DNA of 64,000 bases, taken from Minisyncoccota bacterium. Lineage in GTDB: Bacteria; Patescibacteriota; Minisyncoccia; Phycocordibacterales; UBA9973. The notes under the pieces are model-generated. The model was not told the DNA's origin, searched no databases, and saw only the letters and a list, made by a program, of their open reading frames with translations. The DNA lies in contig JBAYHJ010000004.1 in assembly GCA_041666225.1 (NCBI GenBank), positions 4,350-68,349 of the forward strand, in the 5' to 3' direction. Both the position numbers and the translations under genes were made by a program. This document shows positions 9,808-19,359 of the stretch, one piece after another. Position 1 is the stretch's first letter, and the number at the start of each line of letters is the position of its first letter.

Positions 9808-10893
9808 CTAATTTACAACACATCCACCTAGACAAATATCATTATCATAAATCACAATAGATTGTCCTTTATCTACAAGTATATTTTTCTCAAAAATTAC
9901 CTCTGTATAGGTCTGACTTATGCAAACTATTTTACAATCTAAATACTCTCCATGATAACGAATTTGGGCCTGATATTTCTTGTCTTTTTTAGGAATTTCA
10001 TTAATCCAGTTCGCATTACTACACATGATGGTCGTATTTAATTTACTTTCTTTTTCTAGCCCTAAGTCCGACTTAGGGCTGACTGTAATTGTATTATTCA
10101 TTGGATCTTTTGAAACAACATATAGTGGTTTATTATCATCTGTATTTTTAGTAATATTAAATCCATGTCTTTCTCCTAGTGTAAAAAATACTGCTCCATC
10201 ATGAGTACCAATAATTTCTCCATCTTCACTAAGAACATTCCCTTTTTCAGACTTTATATAATGTTTTAAAAAATCTTTCATATCAAGATGTCCCAAAAAA
10301 CAAACACCCTGACTGTCTTTCTTTGTGGCGGTTAGAAGTTTATATTTTACTGCTAGTTTTCTGACTTCTGTTTTTTTAAGATGACCAATTGGAAAAAGTA
10401 CATGAGCTAAATCATCTTGAGTTAGAGTCCATAAAAAGTAAACTTGGTCTTTGGAATTATCTTTCCCCTTTTTTAATTCGTAATTCTTAATTTTTAATTC
10501 GTAATTATTTTGAGCGTAGTGTCCCGTTGCAATAAAATCTGCTCCACGAGCTTTGGCAAAATTCCAAAATACTCCAAATTTAACTTCACGATTACACATA
10601 ACATCAGGGTTTGGAGTATTGCCCTTTTTATATTCTTCAATCATATAATCTGCCACTCCTTTTTTATATTCTTCGGTCGCGTCACATTCTAAAAATGGAA
10701 TTTCAAGATGCGCACAAACTCGCATGGCATCACGTCTTTCATCACGCCAAGTACACTCAATAAAATCTGGTGTCCATGTACGAATAAAAACTCCAACGAC
10801 ATTGTATCCTTGTTCAAGAAGTAGAGCAGTAGAAACAGACGAATCTACCCCTCCTGATACTCCAACAAATACTGTTTTTATTTCTTTTCCCAT
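9808..10893 (-). CDS. mnmA: tRNA-specific 2-thiouridylase MnmA
   Basis: PP-loop motif VGVSGGVDSSVS is present. The likely start is MGKEIKT at 10893; the ORF-track start at 10911 is upstream of that. Confidence 0.85.
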   Translation of the reverse strand: MGKEIKTVFVGVSGGVDSSVSTALLLEQGYNVVGVFIRTWTPDFIECTWRDERRDAMRVCAHLEIPFLECDATEEYKKGVADYMIEEYKKGNTPNPDVMCNREVKFGVFWNFAKARGADFIATGHYAQNNYELKIKNYELKKGKDNSKDQVYFLWTLTQDDLAHVLFPIGHLKKTEVRKLAVKYKLLTATKKDSQGVCFLGHLDMKDFLKHYIKSEKGNVLSEDGEIIGTHDGAVFFTLGERHGFNITKNTDDNKPLYVVSKDPMNNTITVSPKSDLGLEKESKLNTTIMCSNANWINEIPKKDKKYQAQIRYHGEYLDCKIVCISQTYTEVIFEKNILVDKGQSIVIYDNDICLGGCVVN

Positions 10894-11759
10894 CTTGCAA
10901 ATATTCCACAAGGAAGCAACCTATCATTGTCACCTTCTTTTATAGTTAACTCCCCGATTTCAATTTTACCCTTATATTCCTTCATTATATCTTTTAAATT
11001 ATTTTCATAAGCAATCGCAGAATATCCAGCGGTATAACCATTTGTAATTATAAATAATGGATCATCTGAAAGTATTTCACGGCAGAGTTTCATCAACAAA
11101 AGGAAATGTTCTTCTATTTTCCAAAGTTCATCTTTTGGTCCATGTCCAAATGATGGCGGATCCATAATTATAGCATCATATTTGCGACCTCTTTTTATTT
11201 CTCTTCTAAGAAATATTAAAACATCATCAACTATCCAGCGTATTGGTGCATCTTTCAATCCTGAAAGTTCAGCGTTCACACGAGCCCATTCAACAGCAGT
11301 TTTTGATCCATCAACATGACAAACTTCGGCTCCAGCTTTTGCACAGGCAAGTGTAGCTCCACCAGTATAACCAAATAAATTTAAAACACTTACTTTTTTT
11401 TCATTCGTAATTCGTAATTTGTAATTCGTAATTATCTCTTTTGTCCATTCCCAGTTCGGAAGTTGCTCAGGGAAAAGACCTGTGTGCTTAAAAGAAGTAG
11501 GCCGAATTGAAAAATGTAAACCACCAAATACTATATCCCAATTTTTTGGAGTCCCATCTTTGGCTATCCATTTTGTTTTATTTCCATTACGGACAAATTT
11601 TAGTTCTGCTTTATCCCACAAACTAAAATCTTTTGATTTTTCCCAAAGAGCTTCTGGATCTGGACGCCTCAAAATATAAGAACCATATCTTTCTAATTTT
11701 TCTCCATTACCTGAATCTATCAATTCATATTCTTTTTGTTTTATTGTTTTTAAAATCAT
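10878..11759 (-). CDS. class I SAM-dependent RNA methyltransferase, RlmI/RlmK-like
   Basis: 293 aa with ..LNLFGYTGGATLA.. (SAM-binding motif I) and ..DAIIMDPPSFG.. (motif IV, DPPxF). Confidence 0.65.
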   Translation of the reverse strand: MILKTIKQKEYELIDSGNGEKLERYGSYILRRPDPEALWEKSKDFSLWDKAELKFVRNGNKTKWIAKDGTPKNWDIVFGGLHFSIRPTSFKHTGLFPEQLPNWEWTKEIITNYKLRITNEKKVSVLNLFGYTGGATLACAKAGAEVCHVDGSKTAVEWARVNAELSGLKDAPIRWIVDDVLIFLRREIKRGRKYDAIIMDPPSFGHGPKDELWKIEEHFLLLMKLCREILSDDPLFIITNGYTAGYSAIAYENNLKDIMKEYKGKIEIGELTIKEGDNDRLLPCGIFARWEKK

Positions 11760-11820
11760 AATTGTTCCATCTTAGCTAAAAACGTAGCAAATTATTTTAT
11801 AAAAAAATGTCTGGCTCCTT

Positions 11821-11847
11821 GTCCTCCCTCATCCGAGGACTTTTTTT
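11821..11847 (+). terminator. plus-strand intrinsic terminator (gtcctc-cctcatcc-gaggac followed by T7) located between two minus-strand genes
   Basis: A 6-bp GC stem is followed immediately by TTTTTTT on the plus strand only. No annotated plus-strand gene lies upstream. Confidence 0.4.
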
Positions 11848-11876
11848 AGAATATAATTTGTGAAGTTTTTAATTAA

Positions 11877-12791
11877 TTATTTTAAATATTTACTTATATT
11901 ACTCTTATGTTCTTCAAATGTCGTAGCATAATGTACTTTACCATTTTTATCGTGAAGATAATAATAATACGCTGAATCTACTGAATTTATAGCTGCATTA
12001 ATAGACATTAACCCCGGATTATTTAATGGTTTTTGAGGTAATCCTTTATTTATATATGTATCCTTATCTATATCTACCTGAAGTGGCATTCCTGTAGAAA
12101 TTCTCTTCCACAAAATACCAGAAATAATAGCAATATCATCTTTACCACCCGCTTCTCCTTCTAAAATCGAAGCCATGATTATAACCTGAGACAAACTTCT
12201 TCCACTTTTTTTTATTGATTCATCAATTTTTTTAATTTTAACATCAAAATTATTTGATAATTTCTCAACTATTTCTGAAGTAGTATCAAGTGGATAGAAA
12301 AAATATGTATCTGGGAATAAATATCCCTGTTTGTTTTCTGTACTAATTAAAAATAAATCTTTTCGAAAGCCAGACAATTTATCAGCAAGTAGTGCAGCAA
12401 TAGCTTTATTTGTTAATCCTTCGCGAATTGTTATTTTAATCGGCTCAATATTATGATGACCCCTACCTATTTGCCAAGCAACAATCCAAACTGGTGAATT
12501 TTTATTTATTAAATAATCTCCAGATACAATACCTTTTTTTGTTCCAAATAATTTAATAAAAATTTTTAAAACGGAATTATTTCTTATTGCATTTTTATTT
12601 TCAAGGTCTAATGTCAAGGCATTGACGGATTGACCTTTCTCTATATGTATAATTAAATCTTTACTATCAAAAGGGGCTGAAAATAAATAATATCCTATCA
12701 ATAATAAAAAACCAATAACTAATAATATCCAATGTATTCTTAGTTGCTTTATCTTTTCTGGTTGCCAGTTTTTACTAATACTGTCATCCAT
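11877..12791 (-). CDS. mltG: endolytic murein transglycosylase MltG (YceG family)
   Basis: 304 aa with an N-terminal TM anchor. The C-terminus ..NPGLMSINAAINSVDSAYYYYLHDKNGKVHYATTFEEHKSNI.. matches the YceG/MltG signature. Confidence 0.75.
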   Translation of the reverse strand: MDDSISKNWQPEKIKQLRIHWILLVIGFLLLIGYYLFSAPFDSKDLIIHIEKGQSVNALTLDLENKNAIRNNSVLKIFIKLFGTKKGIVSGDYLINKNSPVWIVAWQIGRGHHNIEPIKITIREGLTNKAIAALLADKLSGFRKDLFLISTENKQGYLFPDTYFFYPLDTTSEIVEKLSNNFDVKIKKIDESIKKSGRSLSQVIIMASILEGEAGGKDDIAIISGILWKRISTGMPLQVDIDKDTYINKGLPQKPLNNPGLMSINAAINSVDSAYYYYLHDKNGKVHYATTFEEHKSNISKYLK

Positions 12792-12794
12792 ATA

Positions 12795-14126
12795 TTAAAT
12801 AGGTAAATTTGATGGTGGTTTTGCAATCTTTGATTCAATACGTTTGAAGCTTGGAGTCTCAGAAACCATACCAGGAAAATGATAAAGAGAAGCTAATTCT
12901 TCATTTGAAAGAACAAAGACATTCGGTTTACCTGAAGGAAAAAACATTGATAAAACAGCTGGATATTTAAAAGCGTACTGAATAGGTGGATGAAAGAAAG
13001 TTCTCATACGATAAAAATCAAGCATACGTTTTTTGATTGAAGTAAGAGCAAGCCCTGTCGGATCAGACCAAGGAGCATCGAACTGTGTAGCACTAACACG
13101 ATTTAATTCATTTGAATATGGCTGGGCAAATTGTCTCCATATCAAACGTGAATTACGTCTTAAATTATTAAATTGATCATCCGTACAAAGTCTTTTGTCT
13201 GATAAAGTAATAACTCTTATCCCAGCATCAAAATGAATTTGAGTAAGGGCAGTAATCATTTTTTTAACAAGATCATCAAGAAATGCAGGTGCTCTAATTT
13301 CCATAACAGAACCACCTTCACCCAAACCACCAGTTTTAGTAAATTTAGTAAAAGGTTTTAATATTTCTTTCATATGTTCTTCTGAGTGTTCTTGTATTCC
13401 CACATGTTTACCAGTATGACTATGATATTTTTTAATACTTTGTCTAATTACAATCTGAATCCATACTTGTTGACCTTTGGGTAATGAACCTAAAAATTCT
13501 ATAATAGGAGTAATGGGATCAATTTTAAATTCTTCTTTTGTTCCGGTCTTCATTTCATCAATTTGTTTATATGTTTTTATTGGCTGGGCATCATCTTTCA
13601 TTTTGGTGAATTCACAACCCCAAACATTCCAATCTCCATCTTTTTTATATTGGGGAATATTCCAAACATAATCTTCAACCTCAATAACTTTTGCTTGGGG
13701 GTATTGGGCATAAATCTGTGTCTCTACTAAATCACGTATTCTAGATGGCGTTCTAATATAAAAATGGACTCTGCCCTCAATTGATACCATCTCAAGTGAA
13801 AACCAAAGCCATGGAGCACCTATCATGAATTCTTCCCAAAAACCTTTTATACTTTTATGATACAAAGCGTTTGAAAAAATAAGTTCCATAGCAGCTGGAG
13901 TTTTTATAACATCCCTTGGAACATGAATTTCAAGTAAAACCCACTTTATACTCATAATAAAACGCTCTTGTCTATAATGGTGCCATAAATGAAAAGCAAC
14001 ATAAGCAAGTGGAATAGGCATCAAATAACCAATCGCCACAATCAGTAGTTGTATTAAATTAAAATTATGTGTTGAAAAAAAATCTTGTATCATAAAATAA
14101 TATGTTTTAACTTGTAAAATACCCAA
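12795..14126 (-). CDS. hypothetical membrane-anchored protein
   Basis: 443 aa. Two N-terminal TM segments are followed by a large soluble domain. No motif recognised. Confidence 0.5.
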   Translation of the reverse strand: MGILQVKTYYFMIQDFFSTHNFNLIQLLIVAIGYLMPIPLAYVAFHLWHHYRQERFIMSIKWVLLEIHVPRDVIKTPAAMELIFSNALYHKSIKGFWEEFMIGAPWLWFSLEMVSIEGRVHFYIRTPSRIRDLVETQIYAQYPQAKVIEVEDYVWNIPQYKKDGDWNVWGCEFTKMKDDAQPIKTYKQIDEMKTGTKEEFKIDPITPIIEFLGSLPKGQQVWIQIVIRQSIKKYHSHTGKHVGIQEHSEEHMKEILKPFTKFTKTGGLGEGGSVMEIRAPAFLDDLVKKMITALTQIHFDAGIRVITLSDKRLCTDDQFNNLRRNSRLIWRQFAQPYSNELNRVSATQFDAPWSDPTGLALTSIKKRMLDFYRMRTFFHPPIQYAFKYPAVLSMFFPSGKPNVFVLSNEELASLYHFPGMVSETPSFKRIESKIAKPPSNLPI

Positions 14127-14220
14127 TCAATATTGCGATAAAAATTACACCCGCAATTATTATTAAAGTATTAACAATAAAACCTCTTTGCATATTAATT
14201 ATTATATCATACTTAAAATA

Positions 14221-14256
14221 AAAAACCTCTCCGACCTAGGTCGGAGAGGTTTTTTA
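14221..14256. terminator. perfect palindromic hairpin (cctctccgacc-taggtcggagagg) with an A5 tract before and a T6 tract after; bidirectional intrinsic terminator
   Basis: It lies downstream of the minus-strand 14263..15294 gene. It shares the ccgacctaggtcgg core with the hairpin at 7128. Confidence 0.6.
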
Positions 14257-14262
14257 TTGACT

Positions 14263-15294
14263 TTAAGCTATAATATACTGTCCCCCTTTATTCTTTTTAA
14301 AATATTTTGAATTTTGTAGATTTACTAAAATTGTATTTTTCTTTAAATATCTCTCTTTCATTACTTGCTCTACAATTTCATCTTTGGTCATAGGACCATT
14401 TTTCTTGATAAGTTCTTTTATGACATCACGAACTACTCCAGTTTTATATCCCCATTCAGAAAGTGCATAAATACCTCTTCCTACTAATACAAACCTTGGA
14501 TCTTTGATTAATTCATTATGACAAGTTGCTATGTGACATTTTTTGTCGAAAGTACTAGCTACTGCTTTTGCTACTTCTCTAAAATGCATTGGGCTACCAT
14601 GTTTACGCATCATTAAAAAAGCAAAATCTTTCACTCCACGAGTTTTAATAGAAGAAGAAGTAGATTTACCCCATTCTCCCAATGGATTCTTACTAATCTT
14701 TTTTGACATTGAAAGCCATCGGCGAGCTATTTCTTCATTCTTGTATTGTTCAGACAAATCTTTCACCTCATCAAGAAAACGAGCTATAAGTTCCCCTTCA
14801 GAAATTAGTTCATCATCGGAAAGACTTTCGAATATATTTTTTAAAGATTTATGAATAGATTCCGCTATATCAGAATCAACACTCCAACGTGTCTTAAAAT
14901 GTTCGTCTTCTTTGTGTTTAGTAAATTCATTACCTAGAGTTAAATATAGGTGCATGTGATTCTGAGTTAATTTATCTTTAGATAAATTATTGAGTAAATC
15001 TTGTTCAGAGACGATTGCCCCTAATGTATGTACTAATTTTTTTAATTCTTCAAAAACTTCTTTTTCGTTCTTAAAAAATTCTGATTTACGAATAAGTGAT
15101 AATGCTGTATTTTCGATTTGACGAACACGCTCACGAGTAATGCCGTATTTTTGACCTATCGCCTCCAGTGTCTTACGTTGAGTATCGGAAGTCAATCCGA
15201 AACGATTAACTATCACCTCGTAAGCACGTGGTGGTAACCCTGAAAGCATTCTTTTGGTAACTTGTTTTGGTTTAAATGTAACTGTATTAGCCAT
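14263..15294 (-). CDS. sigma-70 region-4-like HTH plus C-terminal HARE-HTH domain protein
   Basis: The N-terminus ..TLEAIGQKYGITRERVRQIENTAL.. is a sigma region 4 HTH. The C-terminus ..MHFREVAKAV...DPRFVLVGRGIYALSEWGY matches the HARE-HTH (RpoE N-terminal-type) consensus. Confidence 0.55.
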   Translation of the reverse strand: MANTVTFKPKQVTKRMLSGLPPRAYEVIVNRFGLTSDTQRKTLEAIGQKYGITRERVRQIENTALSLIRKSEFFKNEKEVFEELKKLVHTLGAIVSEQDLLNNLSKDKLTQNHMHLYLTLGNEFTKHKEDEHFKTRWSVDSDIAESIHKSLKNIFESLSDDELISEGELIARFLDEVKDLSEQYKNEEIARRWLSMSKKISKNPLGEWGKSTSSSIKTRGVKDFAFLMMRKHGSPMHFREVAKAVASTFDKKCHIATCHNELIKDPRFVLVGRGIYALSEWGYKTGVVRDVIKELIKKNGPMTKDEIVEQVMKERYLKKNTILVNLQNSKYFKKNKGGQYIIA

Positions 15295-15400
15295 TTTTAA
15301 TTTGTTTTAATCTAATTAATTTCTTGTCTCTATGTATAATATCATTGTAATCATATAAAGTCAACTATTTAATTATATGTTGACAAATAAGGCCAATATA

Positions 15401-17209
15401 TTACTTTTTAGCGGCTACTTTTAATTTTGATCTGTTCATTTCTGTCAATAATTTCTTTCTGAGACGAACACTTTTGGGAGTAATTTCAAGATATTCATCT
15501 TCAGCCATGATCTCTAAACCTCTTTCAATTGATAATTTATAAGGTGGTTTTACATTGATTGCTTCATCAGTTCCACTCGAGCGCATATTTGAAAGTTGTT
15601 TACTTTTTGTTGGGTTGACGGTCATCTCGTCTCCTTTTGTAACATTTCCAATAACCATACCTTCATAAACTTCATCACCATGTTCAACATAAAGTATTCC
15701 TCTTTCTTGAAGTGTCCAAAGTGAAAATGCAATAACTTTACCTCCAACCATTGAAGTCATAGAACCAACATCACGTTTTTTAATTTCACCAGCATAATCT
15801 TTAAATCCAATAAATCGAGATGCGAGTATTCCCTCACCTTTTGTATCAACGACAAATTGTCCACGGTATCCAAGTAATCCCCTTGTGGGTATTTCAATCA
15901 ACATTCGAACTATTCCTTCTTTTTCATGCATACTTGTGATGATTCCGCGACGTCCAGTTAATTTTTCAATTACAGCACCTGAGAATTCATTTCGTACATC
16001 AATAGTAGCCTCTTCATATGGTTCTAATTTTACACCATTTTCTTCTTTTATAATTACATGAGGCTGAGAAACTTGAAGTTCATATCCTTCACGACGCATG
16101 TTTTCAAGTAGTACAGCAATATGTAATTCACCTCTTCCGTATACTAGAAATCCTTCTTGAACTTCTTCTTCATCTGGTGAATCAAAATTTATTCGAAGTC
16201 CTACGTTCATCTCGAGTTCTTTCTCTAATCTCTCTCTTATTTGACGACTTGTGACATACTTACCTTCACGTCCACAAAAAGGAGAATCATTCACAAGAAA
16301 ATTTAAAGAGATTGTTGGCTCGTCTATATCAATAGAAGGAAGAGCTTCTGTTTTTATATCATCACAAAAAGTTTCTCCAATATAAACATCTGGAATTCCT
16401 GCAATAATAGCGATATCCCCCGTATTTAGAACAGTTACTTCTTTTCTATTTATTCCTTCAAAAGTAAACATCTTGGAAATTTTTGCTGTGCGAGAATTCC
16501 CAAAAGCATCTTTCACCACCAATGGAGTATTTGTTTTAATAGAACCAGCATATGCACGAACAATAGCTAAACGCCCTAGGAAGTTATCATAACCAAGATT
16601 AAAAACTTGAGCTCTAAATGGGTCCTCTTTATTTATAGAAGCCTCTTTTACTTCAGAAAGAATAAGATCAAACAAAGGTGTTAGGTCTTTTGATTCATCT
16701 TCTAAATGAAGTTTTGCTACCCCCTGTCTACTAATAGCATAAAGGTATTTAAAATCAATTTGATCTTGAGTTGCTCCAAGTTCTAAAAATAATTCAAGAA
16801 TTTCATCATGAACACGATCAGGGTTAGCAGCTGGTTTATCTATTTTATTTATTACAACTATAGGTTTAAGACCAAGTTCAAGTGATTTTTTCAAAACGAA
16901 ACGAGTTTGAGGCATTGGACCTTCTTGTGCATCAACAAGTAAAAGTACAGAATCAATAGCACGAAGGACACGCTCTACTTCAGAGCCAAAATCCGCGTGA
17001 CCTGGTGTATCAACAATATTTATTTTAGTTCCTTTATAAATAACCGAAGTATTTTTAGAATATATAGTAATACCACGCTCAAGTTCAAGAGCGTTTGAAT
17101 CCATGGTTACTCCAACTTCTGCCATTCCACATTGCTTCATCATCTGATCTGTCAGAGTAGTTTTACCGTGGTCAACGTGGGCGATTATAGCTATATTTCT
17201 TATTTCCAT
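15401..17209 (-). CDS. typA: translational GTPase TypA/BipA
   Basis: The 602-aa protein begins ..IRNIAIIAHVDHGKTTLTDQMM... This matches the BipA N-terminus rather than LepA, whose equivalent motif is NFSIIAHIDHGKSTL. Confidence 0.8.
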   Translation of the reverse strand: MEIRNIAIIAHVDHGKTTLTDQMMKQCGMAEVGVTMDSNALELERGITIYSKNTSVIYKGTKINIVDTPGHADFGSEVERVLRAIDSVLLLVDAQEGPMPQTRFVLKKSLELGLKPIVVINKIDKPAANPDRVHDEILELFLELGATQDQIDFKYLYAISRQGVAKLHLEDESKDLTPLFDLILSEVKEASINKEDPFRAQVFNLGYDNFLGRLAIVRAYAGSIKTNTPLVVKDAFGNSRTAKISKMFTFEGINRKEVTVLNTGDIAIIAGIPDVYIGETFCDDIKTEALPSIDIDEPTISLNFLVNDSPFCGREGKYVTSRQIRERLEKELEMNVGLRINFDSPDEEEVQEGFLVYGRGELHIAVLLENMRREGYELQVSQPHVIIKEENGVKLEPYEEATIDVRNEFSGAVIEKLTGRRGIITSMHEKEGIVRMLIEIPTRGLLGYRGQFVVDTKGEGILASRFIGFKDYAGEIKKRDVGSMTSMVGGKVIAFSLWTLQERGILYVEHGDEVYEGMVIGNVTKGDEMTVNPTKSKQLSNMRSSGTDEAINVKPPYKLSIERGLEIMAEDEYLEITPKSVRLRKKLLTEMNRSKLKVAAKK

Positions 17210-17336
17210 ATATGTTGTTATGCTAAAAAATTAATTATCTTAAATAAAAACATCCGCCACAGCGGACTTGCCTAAACTGGAAATCGCTTAGATAAACGAA
17301 TGTCTAATTATAATATCATATATTTAGTAAAATGTA

Positions 17337-17364
17337 AAATACCCACAAGATTGTGGGTATTTTA
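17337..17364 (-). terminator. intrinsic terminator hairpin (aaaataccca-caagat-tgggtatttt) downstream of rseP
   Basis: Perfect inverted repeat with a T-run on the minus strand. Confidence 0.5.
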
Positions 17365-17372
17365 ACCTATAA

Positions 17373-18524
17373 CTACAAAAGTTTTACTATATCATGATAG
17401 GTTATTACTACCATTAGAAGCATTAGAAGTCCAAAACCAATCATATTAACCCAGTTTGCAATTTGAGGTTTGATGCGAGAGCCTTTTATTTTTTCTATTA
17501 ATAAGAAAAGTAATCGTCCCCCATCGAGTGCTGGAAATGGCACAAGATTTATGACTGCCAAGTTTACAGAAATTAAAGCAGTGAATGATAGTAAATACAC
17601 AAAACCAAATTTTGCCGCATCTCCCACAACTCCTACTATTCCTACGGGTCCAGTAAGATTATTCATATCTGCTTTACCTAAAAAAGCGCTGTGAATTAAA
17701 TTATAAAATCCAACAACTGTTCCAATTGTAACATCCCAGGTTAATTTCAATCCCTCCCAGACAGCACGATGTATTGATAATTTGAGAGTTCCAATAGTAT
17801 CCATTGAAATACCAATCATCACATTGTCGCCCGTTTTGTTTAATTTTGGAATTACAGTTAACTGCATTGGCTCTTTACCTCGAATAATTGATACACTTAC
17901 ATCTTCATTACCATGAGATTTTATAAAAGATTGAACACTTTCAGTTCCTAATTCTGAAGATAGTAATTTAGTCGAATCTGTTTTGGTATCAAGTGATATG
18001 ATTTTATCCCCAGTTTTAATTCCACCAATTTCTGCCGGTGAACCAGAAAGTACACTTGTAATGGTAAGTGCTTGATTTTGTACAATAACCCCCTTTGGTG
18101 CACTTCCAACTGAAGTCGGAAGCCCCGACATAAAACCTATAGATAAAAGTAACCATGCCACCAATAGATTCATTACAATTCCAGCTACAAGCACAGCCGC
18201 TTGGATATATCGAGGCTTATGCATAAAACTTCTTTCTTTGTCTAAATCAGTAACTTCCTCACCGTTTTGTCCAGGAAAATCATCGGCTCCTTGACCATAG
18301 ATTTTCACATAGCCACCAAGAGGAAGTGCATTAAAATTATAAGTTGTTTCCCCTATTTTTTTACCAAAAAGTTTTGGTGGAAACCCAAAAGAAAATTCAT
18401 CTACTCGTATCCCTGATTTTTTAGCGACAATAAAATGCCCAAATTCATGCGAGACAACAAGCACAAGTAAGATTATTATAAAAATTATTATATTCATATA
18501 GCTCATAATAACATATTGGGACAA
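17373..18524 (-). CDS. rseP: RIP site-2 zinc metalloprotease RseP
   Basis: HEFGHFIVAKKSG (HExxH), a PDZ-like middle region and multiple TM helices. Confidence 0.8.
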   Translation of the reverse strand: MSQYVIMSYMNIIIFIIILLVLVVSHEFGHFIVAKKSGIRVDEFSFGFPPKLFGKKIGETTYNFNALPLGGYVKIYGQGADDFPGQNGEEVTDLDKERSFMHKPRYIQAAVLVAGIVMNLLVAWLLLSIGFMSGLPTSVGSAPKGVIVQNQALTITSVLSGSPAEIGGIKTGDKIISLDTKTDSTKLLSSELGTESVQSFIKSHGNEDVSVSIIRGKEPMQLTVIPKLNKTGDNVMIGISMDTIGTLKLSIHRAVWEGLKLTWDVTIGTVVGFYNLIHSAFLGKADMNNLTGPVGIVGVVGDAAKFGFVYLLSFTALISVNLAVINLVPFPALDGGRLLFLLIEKIKGSRIKPQIANWVNMIGFGLLMLLMVVITYHDIVKLL

Positions 18525-18577
18525 TATATAAAAACAAAAAGACTCGTTCCGAGATTCATTCCCTTAAATACGATTAT

Positions 18578-19340
18578 GAACCAGTCCTAAGCATTGCTTA
18601 GGACCAGTCACCTTTTGATAACCATTCAAAAATTTCTTTCCTAAAAGATTCAGGATCAGGGAAATAGTTTACAAAATTTTCTAAACTTAAAATTTTATTT
18701 TCGTCTTTTTGGACCCCTTGATAATAATCAAGACTACTCCATTTATAATCATGAAGAAATTTTAATGCTTTATCTTTGTTTTTAATTCCATTTTCTTTCC
18801 AATCACTTTGTATAAGTTTTATAGGATTAAGATGAATATATGAAAAAAGATATTTAGCTTGATTCTCAGTAACAATATGAACAGATTTAAATTTATCTTC
18901 AAACAATTTACCTGTACGATTATATTTTTTATTAAAATATTTAGAATAAGAAGTACATAATTTAAGCATAAATTTTGCCACATTATTTAACTCCTCATCT
19001 GGTCCTAAGCGTGGCTTAGGACTGAGATATATATGAAAATGATTTGGCATTAATACATAAGCTCCTATATTCACAAGACTCTCTCCTCTTTCAAAATCAA
19101 AAGCGCTTATATGTTTTTTAACTATATCATTTCTAAAATTTATATTATAGATAGAATTTGAAAGATATAGAAGTTTAATAAATCTAAAATAATCCTCTTC
19201 ATCAAGAAAAATCTCCTGTTTACTATTTCCACGATTATAAATATGAAAAAATTCTCCTTCAACTAATGGCGTCATTCTTATTGACATAAATATATTATAC
19301 CAAAAGCACCAATCCTAAGCAATGCTTAGGACTGGTGCTT
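18578..19340. mobile_element. IS200/IS605-like or REP-associated (RAYT-type) element of about 760 bp with identical subterminal hairpins at both ends
   Basis: A hairpin gtcctaagc-att-gcttaggac lies at 18584-18604 and overlaps the tnpA stop codon. A near-identical hairpin (agcacca.tcctaagc-aat-gcttaggactggtgct) lies at 19305-19339. A third copy (ggtcctaagc-gtg-gcttaggact) lies inside the CDS at 19001-19024. Confidence 0.6.
18598..19287 (-). CDS. tnpA: Y1 HuH transposase (IS200-like TnpA / REP-associated tyrosine transposase)
   Basis: 229 aa. A HuH motif (..YVLMPNHFHIYLSP..) and a downstream catalytic Tyr in ..YIHLNPIK.. are present. The N-terminus FHIYNRGN..EIFLDEEDY is typical of IS200/RAYT. 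Confidence 0.6.
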   Translation of the reverse strand: MSIRMTPLVEGEFFHIYNRGNSKQEIFLDEEDYFRFIKLLYLSNSIYNINFRNDIVKKHISAFDFERGESLVNIGAYVLMPNHFHIYLSPKPRLGPDEELNNVAKFMLKLCTSYSKYFNKKYNRTGKLFEDKFKSVHIVTENQAKYLFSYIHLNPIKLIQSDWKENGIKNKDKALKFLHDYKWSSLDYYQGVQKDENKILSLENFVNYFPDPESFRKEIFEWLSKGDWS

Positions 19341-19359
19341 AAAAAAATATACTGATTAT

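Noticed and set aside
15401-17209. LepA (EF4) as an alternative identity for the 602-aa GTPase
   Set aside because: The N-terminal G1 region reads IRNIAIIAHVDHGKTTL, which is BipA/TypA-like. LepA is typically NFSIIAHIDHGKSTL with a distinctive C-terminal domain.
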